Assembly (NCBI GenBank): GCA_963665295.1
Contig: OY762209.1
Span: 1,984,001 to 2,048,000 of the forward strand
Length of the DNA stretch: 64,000 nucleotides
Direction of reading: 5' to 3'
From: Syntrophorhabdaceae bacterium
Lineage (GTDB): Bacteria > Desulfobacterota > Syntrophorhabdia > Syntrophorhabdales > Syntrophorhabdaceae
A program made the translations under genes and the position numbers. The notes beneath the pieces were generated by a model. The model was not told the DNA's origin and ran no database searches. It worked only from the letters and a program-made list of their open reading frames with translations. Below are positions 1 through 12,810 of this stretch, in pieces. Within the stretch, counting starts at the first letter, position 1. Every line of letters starts with the position of its first letter.

Positions 1-254
1 GCAATGATGAATATGCCGAGGTAGATGAACATGCTGCGGTAGAAGTCACTCTCTTTCTTCTCCGAGAGGGCGGTCATAAAATCCCTTCCCACGTAGCTTA
101 ATGTTATGTTCATGAGAGAAAAGGAGAAAAGAAGGGCCAGAACAAGGGCGAGAAGCCCCCGGGCCTTCCATTTGTCCTCCGAAAACCAGTAGAGCCGCGC
201 TATCTTCCAGAACCCGGACCACAGCTTTCGGTCAAAGATATTTATGTTCACCAT
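1..254 (-). CDS. ABC transporter permease/ATP-binding protein (YddA/SbmA-like), N-terminal part; runs off window
   Basis: Manual translation MVNINIFDRKLWSGFWKIARLYWFSEDKWKARGLLALVLALLFSFSLMNITLSYVGRDFMTALSEKK matches the typical N-terminus of this family. Confidence 0.7.
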   Translation of the reverse strand, partial: MVNINIFDRKLWSGFWKIARLYWFSEDKWKARGLLALVLALLFSFSLMNITLSYVGRDFMTALSEKKESDFYRSMFIYLGIFII

Positions 255-262
255 GGGCGGCT

Positions 263-967
263 TCAGCGCATGAAGTTCTGTCCCAACTGCTTTATCATCC
301 AGAGATAGAAGGTAATGGGGGAGCCCTCTATCTTGCTTTTCGCGCCCGTGCCCCACGCCACCAGGTGTATGGTTGTCTTTTCCGTGTCCGCATTTACGAT
401 GCCGAGGGGCGGCACTTCATCGCTCACGATGGCGTTAATTTTCCTGTCCTTCTTGTCCGACGCCTCCACTTCCCAGGCGTTAATCGGCTTCCCGTTGACG
501 GTGACCGTCTTTTTTCCCAACCTCTTCGCTACATAGGAACTCTGGAATTCTCCGATCTCCTTCCCTTTTCCTTCGTAAAACCTTGTGGGGACGATGAACG
601 ACGGATACCCCTCAATCTGGATTATGACGTCGAGGATCTCCCCCGGGCCGCCCTTTGTTTCCTCCACGAGGAAGCGGCTCACCACAGGAGGGGCGCCCGC
701 CGGTGTCACCTCCACCTCCATCCACGAATAAGGCTTGTCGTGAGACTGGGTCTTTTCGAGGGTGGCGATGTACATCCGGTAATGCTCCTGTTTGACGCGG
801 TCGTGGATTGAGTAGGTAGCCCAGGAACCGGGAACGAATCTAAATACGTCCCCGATTACCACCATGGGTTTCTGTCCTTCCATCTCCGCTCCGAATGCCC
901 CGCCCGCTGAGAGGCACAGGATCGCACAAAGGAGACAAGCCTGTATGAGTCGTGACCGTGCTGACAT
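263..967 (-). CDS. Secreted hypothetical protein
   Basis: 234 aa ORF, signal-peptide-like N-terminus, AGGAGG RBS upstream. Confidence 0.7.
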   Translation of the reverse strand: MSARSRLIQACLLCAILCLSAGGAFGAEMEGQKPMVVIGDVFRFVPGSWATYSIHDRVKQEHYRMYIATLEKTQSHDKPYSWMEVEVTPAGAPPVVSRFLVEETKGGPGEILDVIIQIEGYPSFIVPTRFYEGKGKEIGEFQSSYVAKRLGKKTVTVNGKPINAWEVEASDKKDRKINAIVSDEVPPLGIVNADTEKTTIHLVAWGTGAKSKIEGSPITFYLWMIKQLGQNFMR

Positions 968-1004
968 AATCGTTTCCTCCTTAGCGCGTATAATCGCCGT
1001 TCCG

Positions 1005-1967
1005 TCAATCCGAAGGCTGAGAGGCGTTTGAGATGATCTTCTTCGGGGTGCCGCACACGGGCCCGAGCTTCATGTACCAGAGGTCCGACTTTCCTCCCGG
1101 GTTCCCGTGGTTGCTCCCCTGCTCGAAGACGATAGCCTTCCCGCCATCGACGAAGGTGGGGTTGATGCCCTCAACGATCTTCCTTTTCTTGCCTTTTTTC
1201 ATATCGACAAGGTAGACTGTGTCTGTTGTCGCCTCCGAAATGGAGGGGGAATAACAGAGGATGTGCATCCCGTCCGATGAGAAACGAGGCCTCCAGTACG
1301 GAGTGCCGTCGGAAAAATCCTTCGGGTAGTGAAAGAGCGGCTTGCCCTTGAGGTCTACTACCTCGAAGCCGCCGGACACGTCGCCGGCGCTGTGCTGGAA
1401 TGCGACGAGGGTCTGGTCCGGAGAATAGGAAGGCGCGTCATAGATGTACCCCGTTTCAAGAAGGGCATTGGGGTAAGTCATGATAGTCCTGAGTTTCAGG
1501 TTGAGGAGGTCTACCGAGGAGATGGAGACGGTAGCGTGGACTCTTGACATGTCTCCGAGTCCCTGGGCTTTGACGTTGGAGAGACCCACGAAGATGAAGC
1601 TGTTTCCGTCAAAGGAAAAGGAGGGGTCCTGGGCGGCATGGACGCCCTTGATGTCGAACCTTTTTGCGGCGCCCCCGTCGGTGGACATGAGGTAGAGGTG
1701 CCCGAACCCCGTGAGCCTGTCTTTACCGGAGTTGTAGACTACCCATTTCCCGTCCGGCGAGAGGGAAGGGGAGCCATCCTGGCCTGAGAAAGTCAACTGG
1801 CGTTCCTGAGAACCGTTGGTGTGGGCGATCCAGATATTGCCACCCCGGACGAAGGCGATCCTGTCGCTCCCTGTTGCCGAGACTTCTCCAAGGAGGAAGA
1901 CCGACAGCATGACGAAGAAGACCGCGAAGGTCACGATTCTACACTTGCCCACTTTCATATAGATCAA
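1005..1967 (-). CDS. TolB-like beta-propeller (PD40 repeat) periplasmic protein
   Basis: Signal peptide; repeats PSLSPDGKWVVY, PSFSFDG, PSYSPD, PRFSSDG. Confidence 0.8.
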   Translation of the reverse strand: MIYMKVGKCRIVTFAVFFVMLSVFLLGEVSATGSDRIAFVRGGNIWIAHTNGSQERQLTFSGQDGSPSLSPDGKWVVYNSGKDRLTGFGHLYLMSTDGGAAKRFDIKGVHAAQDPSFSFDGNSFIFVGLSNVKAQGLGDMSRVHATVSISSVDLLNLKLRTIMTYPNALLETGYIYDAPSYSPDQTLVAFQHSAGDVSGGFEVVDLKGKPLFHYPKDFSDGTPYWRPRFSSDGMHILCYSPSISEATTDTVYLVDMKKGKKRKIVEGINPTFVDGGKAIVFEQGSNHGNPGGKSDLWYMKLGPVCGTPKKIISNASQPSD

Positions 1968-2139
1968 TCTATAACATCAGGTCCAACCATTCAACAGTTT
2001 TCTCCGGCCCCTTACCGCCAAATTCGCCGAAGTTAAGGCAACACTTCAGAATGATACAGCTTATGGCTGCAGTGAGGCAGGGGAGAGGCAGGAGCAAAGG
2101 CTTGGGAGCCTGGGTTGGCGTCATCTTCGCCCGGGAACC

Positions 2140-2205
2140 CGTCGGGGGAAGCGGAGGCCCTCCCGGCCTTTGTCGGTGGAGGGGGCGGTGCTGTCTCTTT
2201 AACTG
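2140..2205 (-). repeat. Diverged copy of the dispersed CAGTTAAAG...CGCCCCCTCCACC repeat family
   Basis: Reverse complement cagttaaagagacagcaccgccccctccaccgacaaaggccgggagggcctcc aligns with copies at 5.8, 16.4 and 24.2 kb. Confidence 0.6.
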
Positions 2206-3521
2206 CCGAAAAAGATGAAGGTTATGAGCAGGAAGAGGGGGATCAGGATGCTTACGGACCAGGCCATGTAGCCGAAGAAGGAGGGCATGTCGATGTCGTT
2301 TTCCTCGCAGATCGCCTTGACCATGAAGTTGGGACCGTTTCCTATGTAAGAGTTTGCACCCATGAAGACGCAGCCCACGGAAATGGCGGTGAGGAAGTGC
2401 CCGGGCACTCCCACTATAAGGCCCTCGGCAATGCCTTTGGCCGCGGCCACGCTCTGGGCCGTGCTCATGAAGACAAGGTAAGTGGGCGCGTTATCGAGAA
2501 AACTGGAGAGAGATCCGGAAGCCCAGAAGAATTGCCAGGGTTCGGTGACCCCGAGTTTGCTGCCCTCTGCCTGGAGCATGCTGAGCACGGGCACCATGGT
2601 CACGAATATGCCTGCGAAGAGTATGGCTACTTCAATAATCGGATGATAGGTGAAGGAGTTCTCCTCCCTCATGGTCACGGGCGTAAAGTAGATGGAGAGA
2701 AAAGCCGCGAGAAGCATCACGATCTCCCGGAAAATAGGAGGAATAAAGAAAGAGACGATCACCATGAGAAGAAAGAGAAGGTTTATCTTTCCCTTTACCT
2801 CGAGTTTTTTCGCGGGCAGTTCGTCGAGGGCCTTGAGCGCATCCTCTTCGTCTTCTCTCTTCACGAAGAACCTGTCAATGAAGAAGAAGACAAGAAGAAG
2901 GATTGCGATGGCGAAAGCCCAGACCGGGAGCAGCCTCAGGGTCCAGAAGAAGGGGACGCCCCGCAGAAATCCGAGAAAGAGAGGCGGGTCTCCGAGGGGA
3001 GTCAGCAAGCCCCCGATATTCGACACCATGAAGATAAAGAAGATGAATATATGAAGGACCCGTTTTCTCCACTTGTTGGCCCTTATCATGGGCCGTATGA
3101 GGACCATGCTTGCCCCTGTGGTGCCTATAACGCTCGCAAATATGGCGCCCACGAGCAGGAAGATGCAGTTGAGCCTGGGAGCCCCCTTGGCCCCGACACG
3201 GATCACGATGCCCCCCGCGATGATAAAGAGGGAGCCCAGGAGAATAATGAAGGAAACATACTCGATGATAACGTGGACCAGGAGTATCCACTCCTTTGAG
3301 ACCACGAGGGCGGCCGCGGGGATTGCGAGCCCGAGAGAAACGTACCCGTACTTCTTGCCCCACCACTCCCCGTTGATCAAGGGGATTAGGGCGATGGACA
3401 GAAGAAGGCCGATGAAAAAAACCGCGCTCCACATGGGGAACCCGGCAGCGCCCCCGGAGGCCGACGCAGGGGAGGGCATGAAGAAAAGCAGGTAAGCAAG
3501 ACTCGGCAAAATTCGTTTCAT
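2199..3521 (-). CDS. Sodium:proton antiporter / ion-transporter (IT) superfamily membrane protein
   Basis: Multi-TM; motifs SNIGGLLTPLGDPPLFLG, LSSFLDNAPTY, YIGNGPNFMVK. Confidence 0.85.
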   Translation of the reverse strand: MKRILPSLAYLLFFMPSPASASGGAAGFPMWSAVFFIGLLLSIALIPLINGEWWGKKYGYVSLGLAIPAAALVVSKEWILLVHVIIEYVSFIILLGSLFIIAGGIVIRVGAKGAPRLNCIFLLVGAIFASVIGTTGASMVLIRPMIRANKWRKRVLHIFIFFIFMVSNIGGLLTPLGDPPLFLGFLRGVPFFWTLRLLPVWAFAIAILLLVFFFIDRFFVKREDEEDALKALDELPAKKLEVKGKINLLFLLMVIVSFFIPPIFREIVMLLAAFLSIYFTPVTMREENSFTYHPIIEVAILFAGIFVTMVPVLSMLQAEGSKLGVTEPWQFFWASGSLSSFLDNAPTYLVFMSTAQSVAAAKGIAEGLIVGVPGHFLTAISVGCVFMGANSYIGNGPNFMVKAICEENDIDMPSFFGYMAWSVSILIPLFLLITFIFFGS

Positions 3522-3540
3522 TTTCTCCAGCCCTATGGGA

Positions 3541-4377
3541 TCAATAGATTATATGGGAAAGAATGCTCACCTTCACATGGTCTTCTATTCTTGTAACCTC
3601 CTTCAGTCCTTCAAGGGCGGCGAACAGTTTCTTCTTCCCATCCTCGCCGCCCACGACCCCCTTGACCAGAAGGGAACCGTCGTCCCGGGCCTCAAAGGCG
3701 ACCTTCCCGTAATCGTGGATCATATCGAGCTTAAAGAGGATGATCTCCGCTCGCTTTTCCAGGAGCAGACGGACCAACATCTTCCGGGCCTCGGCAGCCT
3801 GCTCCCGGGTAATGTATCCCTTCACGTAGCGTTCGGCCGCGTCCACGGCATAGTCGACAGGGACGGAACTGGAGTTGAACATGATATGGTACAGGGTAGG
3901 CTCGTCCGTATCACGGTCGAAGTAATGGGACACGAACGCCTTCTTGCCGTGGTCCATCTTCTCGATGAGGCTTTGGGCGTCTTCGTAGGATACGTTCTTG
4001 ATGCCCGCAATGGCGCGAACCCTGTCGGAGAGACGCCGCACCACCCTGGCGTGGAGGACGTTCGGCACGTGTTCGAGGATTATCTGCGAGCCCATGCCTA
4101 TGAAAACCGCGTTATCCTTAAGGGCAAGGTCGTACACGCAGGCCAAGAGCATGGTCTTGTAAAAATTCCTGTTCGCCATCAGTTCCTCGAATCTGTCAAG
4201 GAAGGAAGGGGCCTCCGGCTCCTCTACGCACAGGGAACAGAAGTGATCGAGAGCGAGTTTGTTCGCCTCTTTAAGATGTTCACTCCCATAACAGTTGTAC
4301 CCTAAACGCTCGCCTACCTGCCGGGCGTATTGAGAACCTCCGGATCCGTGCGTCCTCGATACCGTGACTATGGCCAT
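3541..4377 (-). CDS. Cytidylate kinase-like family protein with BON-like C-terminal domain
   Basis: N-terminal IVTVSRTHGSGG; YHIMFNSS motif; C-terminal LLVKGVV...VTRIEDHVKV. Confidence 0.75.
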   Translation of the reverse strand: MAIVTVSRTHGSGGSQYARQVGERLGYNCYGSEHLKEANKLALDHFCSLCVEEPEAPSFLDRFEELMANRNFYKTMLLACVYDLALKDNAVFIGMGSQIILEHVPNVLHARVVRRLSDRVRAIAGIKNVSYEDAQSLIEKMDHGKKAFVSHYFDRDTDEPTLYHIMFNSSSVPVDYAVDAAERYVKGYITREQAAEARKMLVRLLLEKRAEIILFKLDMIHDYGKVAFEARDDGSLLVKGVVGGEDGKKKLFAALEGLKEVTRIEDHVKVSILSHIIY

Positions 4378-4615
4378 ATCTCCCCTCTGCTCGTTTTCTT
4401 AACGGAAAGAGTGCGTGAAAAAATCATACCTGAAGGGAATCCGCTTTGCAACGGATATTACGCCGGACTCCTTCTATTCTTCTCAAATTAGCCCCGCGGG
4501 CCTCCTTTGCGGTCCATCCATGTAAATAGAAGGCCACACAAATATCATGATCGCAACGACAGACAAGAGGAGGCATTATTACGGATAATATTCTTCAGGA
4601 GGTTTATGTCGTTCG

Positions 4616-5743
4616 GTGAGGGAAAGGCAGGGACAGATGTGTGTGGCGGGTGAAGCCTCCATTGTGCGTGCTTCGGACCTGGGAGGCGGAGGGTTTGAGG
4701 TCGGGCAGTATTCCGGGCCGAAAAAGGAAGGGTCCTTCGGAGAAGCCCAAAGGTACGAGGTCCGCGCCATGAAGCCCGGAGAATCCCCACGGGTATCGGA
4801 ACTTTTCCGTCTTGCCTATGGCTACTCGTACGGTAATCCCGCCGTTTACCGGCCCGACCGGTTTGAGAGACTCGTAAAGGGCGGGAGGATCGTCTCGATG
4901 GTGACCGTGGCGAGGGGACACGGGATCGTGGGACACAACGCGCTCGTGAGGAGCAATATTTGCGAAAGGACCGCCGAGGCGGCCATGGCCGTGGTCCATC
5001 CGGACTTCCGCCGACGGGGATTGCAGGCCCTGATGATCCAAAGGCTCGCGGAGGAGGCGAGGAAGATGGGTCTGCGGGGCATCGGCAGCAAGAGTGTAAC
5101 CAGTCACGTCTTTGCGCAGAGGGCGGGGATCAAAGCGGGCTTCAAAAGGTGCGCCCTGGTGGTGGGTCTTGTCCCGACCCACCGGAGGTACAGGGGCATC
5201 CATTCGGGACTTTCCCAACGGGAGTCGGTATTCTGCGGATTCCTTCCCTTCCCGGACCCCCGGGGCGTCGTGGTGTACCCCCCTGTCCGCCACCGGGAGT
5301 TCATAGAGAAGGTTTACGCCGGCATAGGCCTCTCCCGCACCTTCCGGTACGGAGAAGGCGCCGCCATAAGCGAGGGATGGTCCTCGGTAAGAACGACCAT
5401 CGCGCCCTCCTCCGGCAGGGCGGTGATTGATGTGCGCCGCTATGGGAAGGACATTATTCGCAGGGTGACAAGGACCTTGAAGGGTCTGCTGTCGCGCAAC
5501 GTGGAACAGGTTACGCTCCGCCTGAACCTCGAAGACCCCCTTACCGCCGCGGTGTTTTCGAAGGTTTTTGAAGATATGGGCTTCTTCATTGGAGGCGTCC
5601 TCCCCTGCGGAAAAATGGGGGATACCCTCATCCTTCAGTACCTGAACAATGTGTCCATAGATTATGACCGCATTCAGACATTCTCGGAGCCCGCACTGGA
5701 GATTCTTTCATATGTGAGGGACCACGACCCGCACAACAGTTAA
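4616..5743 (+). CDS. GNAT family N-acetyltransferase
   Basis: Acetyl-CoA motif VVHPDFRRRGLQ; start uncertain. Confidence 0.75.
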   Translation: MRERQGQMCVAGEASIVRASDLGGGGFEVGQYSGPKKEGSFGEAQRYEVRAMKPGESPRVSELFRLAYGYSYGNPAVYRPDRFERLVKGGRIVSMVTVARGHGIVGHNALVRSNICERTAEAAMAVVHPDFRRRGLQALMIQRLAEEARKMGLRGIGSKSVTSHVFAQRAGIKAGFKRCALVVGLVPTHRRYRGIHSGLSQRESVFCGFLPFPDPRGVVVYPPVRHREFIEKVYAGIGLSRTFRYGEGAAISEGWSSVRTTIAPSSGRAVIDVRRYGKDIIRRVTRTLKGLLSRNVEQVTLRLNLEDPLTAAVFSKVFEDMGFFIGGVLPCGKMGDTLILQYLNNVSIDYDRIQTFSEPALEILSYVRDHDPHNS

Positions 5744-5995
5744 AGGGGTTCACGTCGCACAGTTAGAGGGGCTCACGTCGCACAGTTAAAGGGACTCACG
5801 TCGCCCCCTCCACCGGCAAAGCCGGTAGAGCCTCCCCCTCTCGCACGCCTTGCGTGCTGTATGACCCTTGGACCTATGGGCTCACGTCGCCCCCTCCACC
5901 GGCAAAGCCCCACCCCCGCAGGCGGGTACCCGGCCTCCCCCTCTCGCACGCCTTGCGTGCTGGGTGACACTTGGAATTAAGGGTTCGCGTCGCAC
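5736..5995 (+). repeat. Dispersed structured repeat: 3 x 23-bp tandem units followed by two ~86-100 bp hairpin units
   Basis: acagttaaaggggttcacgtcgc-like units at 5736, 5759, 5782; then ccccctccaccggcaaagccggtagagcctccccctctcgcacgccttgcgtgctg and a variant second unit. Confidence 0.85.
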
Positions 5996-6204
5996 GTCCA
6001 CGGACCGGAACCGGATCACAGAAACTTGGTGAACGAGTTTCTTTTATGCCATTAGCGGGTATAGCGGGCTGTCGTGCACGTTAAAATGTGGGAAACCCGA
6101 AGGGTTTTGCAAAGAATCGCCGAAGAATTTTTATGGTTTTCAACGATTCTGTCATTCTAATGTGCGAATTGGCCGGGATGATGTGCGCGGTTACACTTGT
6201 GAAG

Positions 6205-8157
6205 TCAGTTATCTGACAGGATGCGGGTGATGGCGCGGATTACGTCATTACCTTTGTACGGTTTGTCGAGGAAACCGTCTACGCGGTGTTCTCTCAGCCT
6301 TTCTCTCTGGTCTTCGCTCATGAAGCCGCTGGAGATTATGATCTTGATATCGCCCCGGATCTCTCTCAAGGTTTTTAAAACCTCGTCCCCCTTGATGCCG
6401 GGCATGATCATGTCCAGGATGACAAGGTCTATATGGCGCTGGTGTTCCTTGAAAACCTCGATAGCCTCATAACCGTCGACTGCCTTCAGGACCTCTATGC
6501 CCTCTTCCGACAGAACGCCCTTGATCAGCTCTCTCACTATGTTCTCATCGTCCACAATGAGCACCTTCCGTTTCTTCAGGCTGCTCCTGGGGCTGGACTC
6601 GCGCGCTTCCACCTGTTTCCCGATAATCTCGAGGGGTAACGGGATGTAGAGCGTGAATTTGGTGCCTTTTCCCGGCGCGCTTTCGCACTCGATGAAGCCG
6701 CCGTGTTCTTTGATTACCTTATCGACGAGATAGAGACCCATGCCGAGGTTGGAACCTGTGTCCTTCGTGGTGAAGTATGGCTGAAAAATCTTCTCCCTGA
6801 TCTCATCGTCCATGCCTTGTCCCGTATCCTCGATCTCGACGGTGGCGAACTCCTTGGAGCCCACGTGTTTTCTCCTCTTGGTCTTCACCTTGAGGAGGCC
6901 GTTGCCTTTCATCGCGTCTTTCGCGTTCATGCAGAGGTTGAGAAAAACGTTCTGAAGGTCCGCCTCGTCGCCCCGGATAGGGGGCAGAAGGTCATCGAAG
7001 GTCTTTTCCACCTCCACGTCCCTGAAGCTTTCCCTGAGGAGAAACAGGATATCATCGAGGAGTACGTTGAGGTCAACGATCCCCGTCGACTTTCTCTGCC
7101 GTCTCGAAAAATTGAGAAGGTGCTGCGTAAGTTTCGCCGCTCTCTGGGCGGAATGCTCAATTGCTTCCGCATAACGGTACAGCTTTTCCTCGCTGGTGAG
7201 AAAATTCTTTATGAGCGAGGCGTAACCGAGGACCCCGGTAAGGAGGTTGTTGAAGTCGTGGGCAATGCCGCCTGCGAGCATCCCCATGTTCTCCATCTTG
7301 TCCTTGAGGAGGTTTTCCTCTTCTTTGACCTTTATTTCAAGGACATCCCTGAAGATGAGGCCCTTCCAGGACTCTTCCCTCTTGCTCCCCTTCACGGGGT
7401 ACGCCTCCATCTGGAAGATCTTGTAACGCTCGCTTGATTTATAGTTTACCTCGCCTTGGGCGGGACCATCTTTCTTGTAAAAATTTTCGTCGATACCCGA
7501 GACGACGTTCCCGATCTTCTCTCCTATGAGAAGGCCCTTCTTCCCTTCGAACTGGTCTTTCGCCTTCCTGTTCGCAAAACTTACATAACCGTTCCTGTCT
7601 ATAAGGAGCAGGGCGTCGGGGAATTCATCGAGCATGTTTTCGTAAAGGCTCTTCGAAAAAGGCTCGCTCCTCTGCCTGTAAAGGTTTACATGAAGGAGCA
7701 GGGACTTGTTGTAGATGCTGCACACGATTTCCAGTTCCCGGAGAAAACGTTGGTCCAGGTCGATGTCGAATTTCTTGCCCAACAGGAGAAAGCCGATAAT
7801 GTCGATGTCTTTTCTCAGGGGGTAGAGGTAGAGCGTATGGTACCCGAAAGCATCGTGCAGGAGCGACGGCGAACCGGCGCCCCCGTTAAGGGCTCTCACT
7901 GCCTCCAGGTTGATGTCGTTGAGCGATTCCTCTATGCTGAAAAAGCCTTCCCGCACCGTTCCCCGGTCTTCTTTGAAGACCTTGCACATGTCAAAGAGCG
8001 ACTCCTCGACAAAGGCCCTGGGTATCTTGCTGATGAGGCTGTCCTCTTCCTCAAAACAACCGAGCATCCTCATGATAATGGAGTAGTTGTTAATGGCCCT
8101 TTCGTAAAAGTCCCACTGGAAGCTGATTGACTCGGATCTTATATCGTCATGGCGCAT
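6205..8157 (-). CDS. Hybrid sensor histidine kinase/response regulator (PAS-HisKA-HATPase-REC)
   Basis: AGGIAHDFNNLL H-box, DTGQGM, GMGL, REC VLIVDDE/DMIMPG/KPY. Confidence 0.92.
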   Translation of the reverse strand: MRHDDIRSESISFQWDFYERAINNYSIIMRMLGCFEEEDSLISKIPRAFVEESLFDMCKVFKEDRGTVREGFFSIEESLNDINLEAVRALNGGAGSPSLLHDAFGYHTLYLYPLRKDIDIIGFLLLGKKFDIDLDQRFLRELEIVCSIYNKSLLLHVNLYRQRSEPFSKSLYENMLDEFPDALLLIDRNGYVSFANRKAKDQFEGKKGLLIGEKIGNVVSGIDENFYKKDGPAQGEVNYKSSERYKIFQMEAYPVKGSKREESWKGLIFRDVLEIKVKEEENLLKDKMENMGMLAGGIAHDFNNLLTGVLGYASLIKNFLTSEEKLYRYAEAIEHSAQRAAKLTQHLLNFSRRQRKSTGIVDLNVLLDDILFLLRESFRDVEVEKTFDDLLPPIRGDEADLQNVFLNLCMNAKDAMKGNGLLKVKTKRRKHVGSKEFATVEIEDTGQGMDDEIREKIFQPYFTTKDTGSNLGMGLYLVDKVIKEHGGFIECESAPGKGTKFTLYIPLPLEIIGKQVEARESSPRSSLKKRKVLIVDDENIVRELIKGVLSEEGIEVLKAVDGYEAIEVFKEHQRHIDLVILDMIMPGIKGDEVLKTLREIRGDIKIIISSGFMSEDQRERLREHRVDGFLDKPYKGNDVIRAITRILSDN

Positions 8158-8158
8158 A

Positions 8159-8971
8159 TTATCTTATGTGTAAAAAATCCACGATAGTTTGCATCTCCTC
8201 GGTAATCGCTTTCTTCTCATTGAACAGTATGTAGCCTTCGGGTCCGAGGTCTCTCGATGAACCCGCGGCAAAGTGATCCGCCACCCTCACCATCTTGACT
8301 ATATTGTCGAACCTGTCCCTCGTGCGGCCGTCATGGTGATACCGTATGGCGTAGAGAAATTCCTCGGGGAATCTCCATTTCACCCCTATGGCATACCCGA
8401 TCTCCTGGTGGTCGATGCCGAACCTCTCCCTTTCCATCACGTCGAGGGCCTTATCTTTCTCCGTGGCATCCTTGAGCATGGCATGGTAGTTTTCAACGCT
8501 CATGTACAGGACGGTCTTTCCGATATCATGGAGGAGGGAGATGGTGAACACCTTCTGGGGGTCCTCGATAAGCATCCTTTTCGACAGCGTCCTTGCCGCG
8601 CATGCGACGCATGCCGAATGTTTCCACAGGTCAATGAGGTCCGTTCCCTTGAGATTGAGCTTCTTCAGGATATCGTTCATGAAGACCAGACACATGATGA
8701 TCTTTTTCACTTCTTCAAAACCGATGGTAATCATCGCCCTTTGGAGGCTGAACACCTCAATCCCCCTGCTGTAATACGCCGAGTTGGCGATGCTGATGAT
8801 CTTGGACGAGATCGCGTGGTCGTATTTGATCACTTCGGTGAGATCGCTAAAGGATGAATCGTCGTCCGAGACGAGACTCAGGACCCTTTCCACCACGCTG
8901 CTCACTGTGGGAATAACCTTTAACGTCGTTGCTCTGCCTAAGAGATCCTCTTTCAATTGGTTGGTGAGCAT
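8159..8971 (-). CDS. HDOD domain protein
   Basis: ANSAYY, LWKHS, LLHDIGK, DHQEIG, AIRYHH. Confidence 0.9.
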   Translation of the reverse strand: MLTNQLKEDLLGRATTLKVIPTVSSVVERVLSLVSDDDSSFSDLTEVIKYDHAISSKIISIANSAYYSRGIEVFSLQRAMITIGFEEVKKIIMCLVFMNDILKKLNLKGTDLIDLWKHSACVACAARTLSKRMLIEDPQKVFTISLLHDIGKTVLYMSVENYHAMLKDATEKDKALDVMERERFGIDHQEIGYAIGVKWRFPEEFLYAIRYHHDGRTRDRFDNIVKMVRVADHFAAGSSRDLGPEGYILFNEKKAITEEMQTIVDFLHIR

Positions 8972-9381
8972 ATTGTGTTCCTATATAATTTTCGTCAATA
9001 TGAAGAATAAGTAAAGCGTTTTTTTACCTAAAGTTGAGAATTAATCAATTTCCTAATCATTACGGTGTAATAAAATGAGGGTCAAATCCCCCCGGAGGCA
9101 CGGAAACTGTACCTAATTCGGAACCCGGCACCCCGTGGCCCCGCAATCGATCCATTCTGAATTGTCCACGCGCCCGGTCACAACCCCCATAGGCCCACCC
9201 ATAGTCTGTCCCGGGGCACGGCACGGCGGGCGCGATGGACCCCCTTCTGCGGGCGTGCCGCCGGCGAGGGCGACACAAGCCCCGTCAACTTCGCGACCAG
9301 GCCCGCATAATTGACCACCCGCCCCCAACTGATTTAATTTGCTTATATTTTGACAATCTGTTATAAAATTAACCTGTTTTT

Positions 9382-11909
<2,528 letters not shown>

Positions 11910-11911
11910 AA

Positions 11912-12265
11912 GTGGCAAGGTATGAAAATATCATAGTTATCAATCCTGACGTTTCAAAAGAGGAGGAGGAAGAACTCCTCAAGAGAATTGCGAGCAACAT
12001 AGAGAGAGCAGGCGCTGTCATCGCGAAACTGGATGATTGGGGTGTAAGGAAACTTGCCTATCCCATCAAAAAGAAGGACCGGGGCCACTATTTCTTTTAC
12101 CTTCTCGACATGCCTGAGGAAAAGGTCGCGGGCCTGGGCAAATTCTACAGGACTGTGGACAACATCCTGCGCCACATGTTTGTAGTGGTGGATATGACGA
12201 AGAAGGTTACGGAGAAGGTGCCCGACCAGGTAATCTTTGACGAGCTGGAAGGCGAATTTTCGTGA
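11912..12265 (+). CDS. rpsF: 30S ribosomal protein S6
   Basis: YE.I...P, WGVRKLAYPIKK, ILRHM. Confidence 0.95.
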   Translation: MARYENIIVINPDVSKEEEEELLKRIASNIERAGAVIAKLDDWGVRKLAYPIKKKDRGHYFFYLLDMPEEKVAGLGKFYRTVDNILRHMFVVVDMTKKVTEKVPDQVIFDELEGEFS

Positions 12266-12528
12266 ACAGGGTTTTCCTCACGGGGAGACTCAAGACTACA
12301 CCGGATGTAATGTACACGCCGAAAGGCGAAAAGATCCTGCGGTTTCCCTTGTGGGTGGAAGACGAATCGTTCAGCATTGATGTGATCTATCTCGACCGGC
12401 AGGGTATCAGGAACCCGGACGGGATGGTGGGGAACACGATCATGGTGTCCGGGATGTTGTCAAAATCGGCGGACAGGCATGATTCGCTTAGATTGAAAGC
12501 GCAAAAAATTTTATGGATGGAGGAATAG
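12262..12528 (+). CDS. Short SSB/PriB-like OB-fold protein
   Basis: MNRVFLTGRL...P...YTPKG SSB N-terminus; 88 aa, no acidic tail; between rpsF and rpsR. Confidence 0.75.
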   Translation: MNRVFLTGRLKTTPDVMYTPKGEKILRFPLWVEDESFSIDVIYLDRQGIRNPDGMVGNTIMVSGMLSKSADRHDSLRLKAQKILWMEE

Positions 12529-12798
12529 ATGCCAAGACCAACCACAAGACCAAGGGGACATGATTCAGGAAAGAAGAGAGTATATGTGCGGAAGAGGGTA
12601 TGCAGGTTCTGTCAGGACCAGACCATCGAGATCGACTATAAGGACCCGAAGCTTCTCAAGCACTTTATCACGGAACGGGGAAAGATCATGCCGCGGCGCA
12701 TGACCGGGACTTGCGCGAACCATCAGAGAAAGCTGAAAGAGGCAATCATGATGGCGAGGCACATTGCCTTCCTGCCCTTTACCACACTGTCGAAATAA
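12529..12798 (+). CDS. rpsR: 30S ribosomal protein S18
   Basis: [19 protein letters not shown]. Confidence 0.96.
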   Translation: MPRPTTRPRGHDSGKKRVYVRKRVCRFCQDQTIEIDYKDPKLLKHFITERGKIMPRRMTGTCANHQRKLKEAIMMARHIAFLPFTTLSK

Positions 12799-12810
12799 GG
12801 GGGCATTTCT

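Noticed and set aside
5736..5995. Integron attC cassette sites
   Set aside because: No RYYYAAC...GTTRRRY paired boxes around a single hairpin, the neighbouring genes are not a cassette array, and no integron integrase is present.
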